Of a stretch of 64,000 nt of DNA, positions 24,950 to 36,070 are shown in pieces. Origin of the DNA: Convolutriloba macropyga. Its lineage: Eukaryota. The stretch covers positions 19,654,001-19,718,000 of the forward strand of contig NC_134471.1 in the NCBI RefSeq assembly GCF_964194025.1, written 5' to 3'. The notes under the pieces are model-generated. The model was given only the letters and a program-made list of their open reading frames with translations. It was not told the DNA's origin and did no database searches. A program made the position numbers and the translations under genes. Every line of letters begins with the position of its first letter. Position 1 is the first letter of the stretch.

Positions 24950-25051
24950 AAAGTTGGCTGCCATTGATTTTCTGTGCCGATGCTAAGTTGTTCAAAATTG
25001 TCCTATGGAAAATAAAAATTTCAGATGTAATTTAACGGCTGTTCTCCCAAA

Positions 25052-27425
25052 ATGTTGATGGAACAAGTGTACAAAACCAACGCAAACACAGAATTAATTC
25101 TGAAATGTCACGAACAGTTCGCAGTTCAGATCGGAATCTCAGCGTCTGTATTCCAAGTCTCCATTAAACTTTGGCGGGCTGTTTTTGACCTGAACCCGGA
25201 GCTAGACTTGGAGGCAACTCAATGGTTTGCCGCTATTGTGTTGATATCAGCATTGAATTCGCGTATCAGTTCAGAATCGCGGTTACAAGTAAATGTCACA
25301 ACGCTACTTCGTAAAAGCAACATGTCTGTGTTGTCGTTAATGAATAAATTGAAGTACTTAAGAGAAATTGTTTACCTGAGCCAACGATCAATTGACGGTA
25401 TTTTGGACTTTCAAAGAAAGTTTTGCGTCTCGGCAGCAATTTTTGATCGGTTTTGTAAAATTTACGGCGATATTTTTGCAATTGATGTCGAGCGGTCAAA
25501 TGAGGAATTGGACCAAAATTATGTCTTCGATATACCGGAACCAAAACAGGCCTGTTGGTTAATATATTTACTAGCCAAAGATGAAATGCCTATTGCCCAT
25601 ACTCAAATTTTTCTATCTTTTCAAGTACTATTATGCGCTATTGATTTCGTCATGCGAGGCACACAAAAGTTTTTGCTTTTGAATGAATTCTCGATGGCTT
25701 TAGAAAACGAATCTCAAACTGTGGAAGCATTCTCAGAGCTTACTCCAGTTTTGAAACTTTTATGTAATAAATACGGCTGTGACGCTTCAGAAATGGTACA
25801 TGTCAAAAAGAAGCTGGACTCTACTTTTTTTGTTTCGTTTCTGAAAAAGTCAATTTCTGATAAAACTTTATCCAGTTCGTTAGCAGGGGATATTTTTCTC
25901 CCAAACTCGAATGAATTACATGGTCGGTACTGGGAAATATTGGATCGATATTTCGAACTCGACGAAACTTTGTTTTTAGCTCAAGATCCAATCATTGCGT
26001 TGCAAAATAGTTCTCAGCCATCGACAAAAAGCGCATCCAAGAAATCGGAAAACTCGTTAGAAAGTGATCACCCAAAACCCCTTGATGAAAACCCCGTAAT
26101 TGAACAAAATTCAAGTTCTAGTAATGAATTGAATTCAAATTTACGCTCTGAAATTGATCAGCTTTTAGCTAATTTGGACTTGACTCTAACGGAGATTCTG
26201 TCCAACTTTTTCACTAATTCAGAGAAATTATGCGATTCAAATGTAGATGATTTGAAAGAGAATTGCAAAAAGTTGATGTTTGAGGTTGTAGAAGCAATTA
26301 ATAAAAAACAGCCGTCGGAAACCGCCTCAGAAATTGAAGATAATTTTTCGGTTGATAACTTAGATTGTTTGTATGCGATTTGCGTAATTTCTTGTTTAGT
26401 TAATACGTTCCCTTTACCAGTTGCACAAAATTCCGAAAGTCAAATTGACGATGTTAAAGCATTGACTGTTCTTGAATCGTTACGAATATCGTTGCCTCTT
26501 TTAGTAAAGAAAATTGACATTATCGAAGAATATGTTGAAATTTTCTCAACATTGCAATTGTCTAGACTCAAATGTATCGAAGAACGCTGTATCGAGTTTC
26601 ACGTTTTTAAAGATAGCTCATTTATTAAATTATTCATGCAGCAAAAAACGCTGAGTAAGTCGACTGCTTATGAGTTGGAAAATGGCCGAAAGGTTTACTT
26701 GGCCGAATTGGCGATTTTTTCTAACAAAATCTGCAGATTAGCGTACAGAAGATTGCAGCAGTTATGCAAGTTGCTAAATATTGTCTCAGAACTAGAAGCC
26801 AAAATTTGGGAGTGCTTTGAGCATTGCTTATTCGAACGGACATTCCTATTTGAAAACCGCCACTTAGATCAAATTGTCATGTGCTCGATTTACGCAATTT
26901 GCAAAGTGTCTGATAATGAAAGAAAGTTCAAAAATATCACCCAAGCGTACAGAAAAATACCAAACACTGCAGCTGAAGTTTTCAAAAAAGTGAAAATCTT
27001 TGAAGAAAGCAATTCGTATGACTCGATTATAGCATTTTACAATAAGGTTTTCATGCAGACGTTGAAAAACTTCATTCTTCAGTACTCGACAATCGGAAAT
27101 TCAGAAGCTAACAACCCCGAACAACAACCAACAGTCACAAATGTCTTGAAACGAGTAAATCCAAATGTATTGATTCGCAACGCGCTCAACAAGCCAGCAG
27201 TCCACCAACCACCCGCAATCTCAACTTGCAGTGGAAAGGGTAGCCAGATAACTGGGGTCAGTCCGAAGTTCTGGCCAACTGCACCTGGTGGATTGCCCTC
27301 GGATGAACAGTTGCCATTACGTCATATGGCTTCAGCAATAGTGGCGAATAAAGAATACCAGCAGTCGAATCGGAAGAACAAATATACCAGTCGAGAAACG
27401 AAAGTTATTGGGTTTCAGTCAACAG
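25052..27425 (+). CDS. RB1: Retinoblastoma-family pocket protein (RB1-like), large coding exon 1
   Basis: RbN motifs (CWLIYLLAK, LSFQVLLCAIDF, FELDETLFL). Pocket B closely matches RB1 (RLAYRRL, RHLDQIVMCSIYAICKV, YDSIIAFYNKVFMQTLK). Phase-1 donor g|gttggt at 27426. Confidence 0.9.
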
Positions 27426-27989
27426 GTTGGTTTTTCTGTATTTTTGTGGACGGGTTGTTTTGAGTTGCTTTTGTAAAAATTAGAGAAGACCACTGTGGTA
27501 AAGTAAGATGATGAGTGGTGTCTGATTCCCCTATCAAAATTTTAGTTTTAATTTACATGGTTTTTGCGCGGTTTTTTGCACCAATGCGCACTTTTTTTGT
27601 AATAATGCGCGCTTTTTGCACTGATGGTTGGTAGTATAGTGTAACCTAATAACATGTGGACTGACTGTTTCAAAAATGCGACCAAGGAACTTAATGCCCG
27701 GGGAAAAAATATCACTTCGCGTTTCTTTTCGCATTCGAAAAATACTTGCAATGTGTAAAGTTTTTAAGGAGTTACTTAGCCTTTGAAGTTAGTTTAGTCT
27801 CCGACAACACAAGCCTTGAAAGATGAACTGTGCAAAAGACCTTTAGTATTAGGGCGATTTAAGTTATGTTATCAAAATGAAACAATCGCATTTATATATA
27901 CCACGAGGAAACTTCCAACAAACTATAATGTAGTAACAACTTTAAGGAGCAAAGGTATTCAAAGTTTTAAAAAGCTAAGCACGCTTTTT

Positions 27990-28880
27990 TCATGCTATGA
28001 ATTACGCTGATAATTCATTCAAATCCCCACTATGTCGAACAGGTGTCCCAATGACCTGCTATATTGTTTTTGTCAGAGTGTTTATAATGCTTGCGATAAG
28101 TCAATACCTCATTTAACAAAACGCCGGCTTGAGGTACCATTTTACATGTCTTCCCATAGTGTACACATGGAAAACAAGTTGAAGACGCTAAGGAAAGCAA
28201 ACAAAGACCAGAGAAAATTAGAAATTCACACGTGGAGTTGAATTTATCGTTGTTTAAGGACTAACAAAATTTTATCGAGGGTTTACGTATTTGCACAAAC
28301 AACGATGCATACAAATTTTTGCGCAAACTAAAGCAAGCACAAATTTTCCCCAAAGAAAATGAAACGTAGCGGTCTAGATATAAAAGGTTCTCAACAAATT
28401 GCGGAGTGTTTCAACGAGCATTTCTCGTAAGTTTTTGTCGAAGATAATTCTGACATTGTTGTGCCTGAAACAGCCAAAACAGATACTTCTCTAGACGATA
28501 TCACTTTCAACGCAAAAGAACTGCTAGAAGAAATATCACATTTTAAATCTGACGCGAAGTCATGGTCAGATAACACCATCACTCCTTAAAGCCTCAGCGC
28601 CGTACGTCATAAACGGTATCTTATATATATTTAGCTGCATTATTAACGCTTGCCATTTTCCCAATGTCTTGAAAAACGTACACGTGCGTCCTCATCACAA
28701 AAATGGTAGCAGAATGGAAATTAAAAATTACAGACTAATTGCAATGCTCTGTGCAATTTCTATGGTTTTCGAAAGAATAGTTTACAAACAAATTAAGAAG
28801 ACAGTCGAAAGAAAGCTTTGCACTGAGCAACATGGTTTTCGGCAAAAGCATTCAACAGTTTATTTGAAAATTACTTGAAA
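27990..28880 (+). mobile_element. Decayed LINE ORF2 fragment in the RB intron
   Basis: RT N-terminal motifs VRPHHKNG..KNYRLIAML..FERIV..EQHGFRQKHST; multiple stops upstream. Confidence 0.75.
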
Positions 28881-29385
28881 ATGTTTAATGTTGTCCGATT
28901 TGTTCCTTCTAACCGGCTTTCAAATTTTATTGTTTTTGATTTTTTCCAATACGTTTCGGCTGTTAGTTTATGTTGGTTGTTACTTTGCTTTTAGTGTTTG
29001 AACATGTTAGTGCTCATTATAGCCAAATTTTGCTTGAATTGTTTAAGTTGCCAACATTTTTGTCTGAAATTGAACTCGCTAATTTTCTATTTGACTTATA
29101 GACACAGACACAAAATGTTCAAGTTGATACCGTATGCGTTGGCTGTCTCTTAACAAAAAACTTTTCTGACATAATTCTATTGTTTTCCAAGAATATCAGA
29201 CATTAATAGATTTTTTCGGCTGTCGTGCGTGCCTAAGTTTACCGATACTTCAACGAATTTGTATAGATGGAGAACCATTGGCTTTCGTCGCTATAGCACG
29301 TATCTAGAAGTAAAACTTATATATTTGTTTTTCACCATAATTTCACGCGTCTCTCAAAAGTGCTAAATTTGTCGAGGTGTTTTAG

Positions 29386-29627
29386 ATGGTCGACCTCATC
29401 AAAAAACAGGTGGAAGCACAAGTGCAATTGACAGTGATCAGCCGCAAGGCAAGGTCAGAATTTTGCAAGCACCCTCGTCTTTAACCACGCGTATGAACAA
29501 ATCATCTGCCGCTCGAGGGAGAGATTCGTCCGAGTCAAGCGAAGATGAAGAAGAGGCCAGAGCCAATCAAGACATTTACAATCGCATTTTGAACAGTGGA
29601 CTCAAATACGTTCACAAGCCGAAGTGA
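29386..29627 (+). CDS. RB1: Probable terminal coding exon of the RB-like gene
   Basis: Acceptor ttttag. In phase 1 with the 27426 donor, it reads open for about 80 codons (DGRPHQK...SSESSEDEEE...YVHKPK*) and is GC-richer than the intron. Confidence 0.65.
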
Positions 29628-31430
29628 ATCAAGTTTGTCTCACAACCCTGTGTTCTCAGAATGTTTTCAAATAATGAAGTGTTCAAACCAAAAGATTGAG
29701 CTATCGGTTACAGCACTCATAAAGAAGGTCATCCTGGATGAAGAACGAAGGTGAAAAAATTATCGGAAATTAAAAACAATGATAAAGATATAAACAATGC
29801 CATAAATTCTGAAGTCTTGTTTCATGAAACCAGTACTGTTTTCTGTTGCCTTACTTCTAGATATTTGAATCCATTATTCTTTGAATAGCTTTTCTCGTAG
29901 TTAGACTAATGTTTTTATGCTGGCTGTGCAAGCCAATTTTTTTTATCAAGCTGAGGTTACAAGTTTAGTTTAGCAACTTAAAGGTTGACAAAATTAAGTT
30001 TTGACAACATCTTATATTGATGTCGGCGACATGACATGAAAAATCAGAGCAGGTAAAAACGTGAATGAATGAATGGACATCTGATGATCCTAAAAAATAG
30101 TTTCTTTTAAAAAAAATAAGATGCTATCGAAATTTATTCACCTTATCTTGCCAAGTGTTTTCACGGCCGGAGTTACTAACTCCGAAGCTCAAAACTGTTA
30201 AGGCTTATAATTAAATTTTTTGTTCCGAGCTTGATAATTACTCTGGTCATTTAGTCCAACCAATTGTCCCTGCTGATGGTTATAAATATGAACAGGCCAT
30301 TAAACAAATCGGAGCTAATGGTTTATTGCGGTTAGTTTCTGCTATTTTCTGCGCCAGTGACCTAATTTGCGCCATTATTGTTCCAACATTTGCGAGGCGG
30401 GCTTTTTTCGTTGGCCAATTTTTAACTTTTATTTATTTACGCATTATAGAGATGGAAAGAAACTTTATTTTGTAGCTCATTTTATCGCTCCTTGAGTCTA
30501 TTTTTGATTCATACATTTTTAAATTAAACAAATGTTTGAAAAGGTGGAACACTTTCCAGTTAGATTAGGGGTAGTTGGGAATTTTCAAAGCTTCAAATTC
30601 CAGAGTTTATGCAGATGCACCCTTGCCGTAATTATCCTGGCAAAATTGCTGTTCAAAAAAATTTAAGGCACCCGTTTTCCGTTTTGTTTTTACAGCTATC
30701 TTTGAAAAAGAATCATGGGCTCCAGATCTCTAAAGTTCAATTCAGCTACAACAACATAGACATCACAAGTATGCATTTCGAATATAATACAATAGAAATA
30801 CGAAAACAAAAATGTGGAAGCTTCATCTCATGTGGATTTCTATGAAATCTTTTCTGTGATTCTTATCGGGAAAAGGCTTCTCCTTTTCCGTTTAGATTTA
30901 ACCATGTTTAAGCAAAACTACAGAAAATAACTGAAAACAGGCTGTGAAATAGAAGAAAGGTCATCGAATTCATTTTTACAAAAGATCAAGAACGAATTTT
31001 TTTTGGCTCTTTTCTACTCTCATGTCTTACCAAACTTGTCTCTAAAAGTACTTAATATAATTAATGTGGAGCTTCACTTTATTTAAAAAGCTCAAAAGTA
31101 AGACGAGGTTCATGATTTTTGTCTACGAAACCTTGTTTGCAGATGTTTTTTTAATTGTTTCGCCGAATTTTTCATATGATCAAAATATAGTTTTTCGATT
31201 TCTGTATAAAATCTTCATTTTTGATGGTCAAATATTTATCCAATTTTGATCAATAAAGAAAGAGAATACTAAAGTTCTGACAAAAACGAATTGCACAAAG
31301 TTTTGACATGGTATCTTCAGAATTTATGAAATTCACATCAAAAGGTTTGGTTTGTCACTTTAATTGGTGTTCCTTAATCATCGAAATCTTGAAATCCTAG
31401 AAAATACAGTATTCGATAAAGCCTAGTTCT

Positions 31431-31734
31431 TAATTGCTCTCAAACGAGAGTTGCTCTCAACTGCGGTCTTTTTAATGCAATTTTTGGCTTGACCGATTTT
31501 TCGTCTGCTCTATTTTGTTTTTCGTCCTCAGAAACTGGGCAAACAGGTAACGCTCGGAGGACCATAAGTTCTCTTCGATCCTTACGCTTAACCAGTGTCT
31601 AAGAAAGCGATTCCCAAAACTTTTTCAGGAGACATTTTCATAGTGCAAAATGCGGTTCTTAATTTTGAAAGTTTGACCTCACAGTCATTCCCCCAAAACA
31701 TCCACATTCCTCCCTTTTCTAAGTGGCGGTGCGA

Positions 31735-31805
<71 letters not shown>

Positions 31806-31954
31806 CCTCCCGCCGCTCTATCCCTCCTTGTTGCTTGAGCCCTCCCCCAGTCGCTGAACCTCCCTATGCAAGCATCTCTAAGCCTCAGCTGGGTACTACC
31901 GAAGCCAACCGCTGGCAGCTCGTTTGAGATTAATCGCACGTCGTTAGTCGGTTA
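31431..31954 (+). mobile_element. HINE family A copy with central (CT)n
   Basis: 5' TAATTGCTCTCAAACG; shared core; (CT)n at 31738-31802; 3' cgtttgagattaat followed by ttagtcggtta. Confidence 0.7.
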
Positions 31955-33269
31955 CAATTGCTCTGAGTTAATCCTGGAATTGAGTCTTTACTTTTCCAGA
32001 ATCGTTAATTATATCCTTTCTTAATAATGTTTTACTTATAAATGAGAAGTGGTTGCGAAAATATGAAGGAAAACTTCTTCACCCACTCCCTTATTTTTTA
32101 ATATAACCGAGGAGCTTTGCGTAATTGAGAAATTCGAACGCTCAAGAATCTTTGGACTGGAGCGTTCGAATTTCGACACTTTGGAGTAGAAATGGTGCAA
32201 AATAGAATTTTTTGCAAAAACTATCAATTTTTTTGCTCAAATTCATCATTTTATGTTTGAAATAACTTTTTTCCAGGTCTTTACTTTTGTCAGCTAATTG
32301 AGTTTCTCGCCTCCAATTGTCCATATTGAGATTTTAAAAATTTTCTATTGTTAACTCACGTGTTTTCAAATTTACTTTAAAGGTTCTGATATAGCTGATT
32401 TGGTGTTCAGCAATCATTGAAAGGGAAGAGTCATCGCCAAAGTAAAAGGTTTTAAAAGAGATTTTTTTGATGGTTTTTGGAAGATGATTTCATTGCTAGC
32501 CTGACTTGCCAAAGTCCCTATAATTGTTTTTGTTTTTCTGCTAAGAGTGATGAGGAGTATTTTTCTTTTTATTATCTTGCAGTGGCTTAAGTTATAGGTT
32601 AGAATTTGCTGTTAGATTGGCATTAAACCGTTAAATTTAAAATTCATTCATTTGATTTCGCTCCGAATTTCATAGCGAATTGGTTTTATTTTCATTTGCC
32701 AAACCACTGTTATAGTTTGATGGTAGGAATGGTATATTGTCTGGCTGCCAAATTGAAATCAAATGTCAGTTTAAGCGTATATTTAAGAAACGCAACTAAA
32801 CTGCTGTTAGACGCAACTAAAGTATTAGTTAGATACGCCTGAACTATAGAATTGTTTTCATTTTCCTTTTATTTTTTTATTAACTATATTTTCAGTTGAG
32901 GATCCGTTGTTTTGCGTTTTTGAAGCCATTTAGTCGTTCAAGGCATTCATCCGGGTTTGAGTTTTTGGAATGTTCACTCAGTATTGTCTAATTCTTGTTC
33001 AAGTTCTGCCGAAGAAGCAGTTAGTTTCTGATTTTTTAAAATAAGCGGCAAGTAGGTATTAATATTCTGTAATGACATGTAAAATATAAGTCCTAAATAT
33101 AAAATTGTAAGTACACAAGACAGAGGAGTACTGAACACTTTTCCGTAAGAAACTGCTGCTAGATTCGCCAGGATAATTGTAAGAAACCTTTTTAATCGCA
33201 AATAAAAACTTTTAGAAGCACGAGAGGTGTGTTGAAACATTCTAGTACGAGTCGTCTTATATAGAATTT

Positions 33270-33422
33270 GATATCTATTCTGCCCCCCCCCCCCCCAGAT
33301 TAGTGGTCATAATTTTTTTACGCCACACAGGTGCACGTGTTATTTTTCACGTAACATGCTATATAACGACACATAAAATGTAATTGGGGCATTAAAAACA
33401 CTGGAGGGGAATAGAAGAGATC
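33270..33422. mobile_element. Small MITE with 8-bp TSD (hAT-like)
   Basis: TSD tagaattt at 33262-33269 and 33423-33430. Imperfect TIRs gatatctattctgcccc / ggggaatagaagagatc. Related ccccccag.ttagtggtca block also at 61305. Confidence 0.6.
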
Positions 33423-34180
33423 TAGAATTTATTTGTGATATTATAGCACGTGTGCCTGGATGCTTTTAAGGTAGATTTCAGGTAAAAAAAATTGGTGTCT
33501 TTCCCCATTAAAGCCCCTCCAGCTTAGATAACCTATAGCCCCAACCCCCCCCCCCCCCCCAACCCCAATCATTTCAAATTTCACTTTTCATTTGGTGGAA
33601 TGTTTTTTTTCGAAATGTCATCTGTAGATAGTACAGAGGGAATTCGTTTGGTACCGCCAAGCGCACTTGCCATAGTTTTACATAATGGCATGATATAATA
33701 GAACTTGGTCTGTAAGTGTGAGTAAATAACTTACTGGGGTATGCAGAATGTACTTGGGTGCAGTAAAGGAAAAGATCGGAGTTTTATTTGGATGACACTC
33801 AACGAATAATGGATTAATCGTTTCTGTTTTCCTGCTGTATTCTCTCCATTGTTAATCCAATAAGTCAAAGAATTGGTGGAACAGTTATGTGATGAGGTTT
33901 GCTTTTCAGACTTTTCAAACATTTTTTGAGGTATCCTGTAAACAATTGACGTTGTACATCGAAGAACTCTGAACGCAAATTAATTCCATTGTTTCTTCTC
34001 ATAGTACTTCTTGGTAGCTCTTCTCAGAGCCACTCGAATTTCTTATTCTAAAGAAAATGTCATTGTGAAGGTTGATTGGGTTACAATTGTCTACCTTGCA
34101 AATTCAGTTTCATGGACCAAAAAATTTAGAAGCTACGGTCTGCAAATGTACAAAAAATTGTCAAAAGTAACCCTTAATAG

Positions 34181-34182
<2 letters not shown>

Positions 34183-34242
<60 letters not shown>
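34183..34242. repeat. Compound (CT)n(CA)n microsatellite
   Basis: Directly visible. Confidence 0.95.
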
Positions 34243-34243
<1 letters not shown>

Positions 34244-34244
34244 G

Positions 34245-35295
34245 AGTGCGTTTGACGCTATGCATCACAAACTTCTACTAAGCGTACTGGAAAAGCGTTT
34301 GGGAGTTACAGACAGCATTGAATTTCTCTGAAACGTATTTAACTGACAGATCTATAAAAGTGTTAATAGAAAACTCCTGTTCTAATGACAAAATCAGTAC
34401 AAAGGGTGTGAGTCTCGGGTCTATTTTCGGTCCCAATTTATTCGCTCTTTTCCTTTTACCTTTATTCGATTTCACGTGGCCTTCCTTAGCACTTTTATAC
34501 TGACGACACTCAGTTTGGTTCTGATTTAGCCAATTGGACTTCTCATCGGATAGCAACGATCTTAGGCGATGTTTAAAGCTGATTCTCTTCTTTAAAATGG
34601 CAAGTAATATGCGCTAAAACTGAAATCGTTATATTTTCGTGAGCATTTTGCTAAATGGCAAACATAACATTCAACGTATGTGGACATCGTCAATCGGTAA
34701 AAGTGCTTGGTTTCCATTCCGAGTACTCACTGTCCTTCGAAGAGCAAGTGAACAGAACATGTCAATTATGTTACTCAACTGAAACGACTATACGCTGCTC
34801 GTTCTTATCTTGGTTTCGAGTAAAAACTTTTAGCAGTCAGTTTTTACTATGTTACAAAGAGTTCTAAGTGCTGTTGCTAAATTTGTTTCAGGATGCAAAA
34901 CAGAAGGCTCTGCAGGCATCCTGAAAAATGCATTGGCTTCAGTTCAAGAAAGGATCCGTTTCAAGTTCGCTTGCATCATGTTTAAATTTCATCATAACCG
35001 GAAACGCCCGACTTACATGTACGACCTGTATGAAAGGAACGTCTGATCAAAAATTTTTCATAGGAAACAGCAATTCGTAGTGCATTATTTTTAAACAATT
35101 TTATCACAAATAGCTTTCAGTTATAAAGTTATAATGGCGCTGAACTATGGAATGGTCTGTCAATTTTTTTTCGCGAGGAATACAACTATGCTGCTTAAAA
35201 GATCTTGAAAACATACCTGTTCTGCGATGCTTTCTGAGGAAAGTCTGCTATCCCACTCTTGCACTTATGGAAAGAGTGGCTAAGCACATTATTAT
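34245..35295 (+). mobile_element. 5'-truncated decayed L2-like LINE
   Basis: SAFDAMHHKLLLSVLE, GVSLGSIFGPNLF, YTDDTQ (34497), VKVLG, VQERIRFKFAC. L2-like 3' tail gcacttatggaaagagtg..attatta. Confidence 0.75.
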
Positions 35296-35710
35296 CACGT
35301 CTATCCTAAAAATTGGTAATGACTTTATGAAAATTGAAAATTTTGTAAGCTTATTTTTCTGAGTTCTGACCATCTTTGAAAACATCCTTTGTGTGATAGA
35401 AATTTTGCACACAAAAAATCGTACCTTTTAGGAAAAATGGTAAATTGAAAAATTTTTTGTCAACTGTAAGAGTTTCTTTGTAACTCAAATTTCGAAGATT
35501 TTTAATTTGCTTGTTTCCTAAACGAATTCAACGAAAATCTTTAAATGCTTGTGATGAGATGTTTTCTATCTATTTGAGCAATTATTGAATATGTATTTGA
35601 GCAATTATTTCATTTTGCGGTGTGTTTTAAGTATCAGTTCAATTTGTTCCCAAAATGTCATTCAAATTATTATTTAGAATTTATTTCAAACTGTTTTGCT
35701 TTGAGAAGTT

Positions 35711-36070
35711 TTAATTGCTCTTATACGAAGTTTGTAGCGATTTTATTAGTCCTGTGGTTTTTTTCGTTTTTTGTCTGACCCTTCAGTTTTTTACCCTTGA
35801 ACACGAGATAAACAGTTAAAGCACTGAAGGCAATAACCGGCTGAGCTATTCTCTTAGAGCCTTACTCCTTACTAGTCTAATAATGCAATTCACCAAAATG
35901 GTATGAATGGAGATTCCTTATCTTATAATTTTGAACCCTCCGCACCTCAGCCCGATCACCTTCAGTCACCCCCAATAACCCCCCCCACCAAATTCCTGTA
36001 CCTGGCAATCTGGATACCCCTTTCATTCAGCCCCTCCTAGCCCCCGTGTCTTGACCCCCAATCTACGGGG
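35711..36070 (+). mobile_element. HINE family A copy (3' end unclear)
   Basis: 5' TTAATTGCTCTTATACGAAGTTTGTAGCGATT; core ttctcttagagcctt..actagtct; C-rich centre. Confidence 0.55.

Noticed and set aside
27426-27463. RB ORF ending GWFFCIFVDGLF*
   Set aside because: T-rich read-through past a plausible donor; an in-phase downstream exon exists at 29386.
30037-30770. Plus-strand exon-like segments with splice-like ends (about 30254-30330 and 30696-30768)
   Set aside because: The phases do not join into an open frame and I recognise no homology.
33710-33734. 25-nt minus-strand intron GTAAGT...TTACAG
   Set aside because: Much shorter than the other introns here, the downstream peptide is unrecognisable, and the locus is probably a pseudogene.
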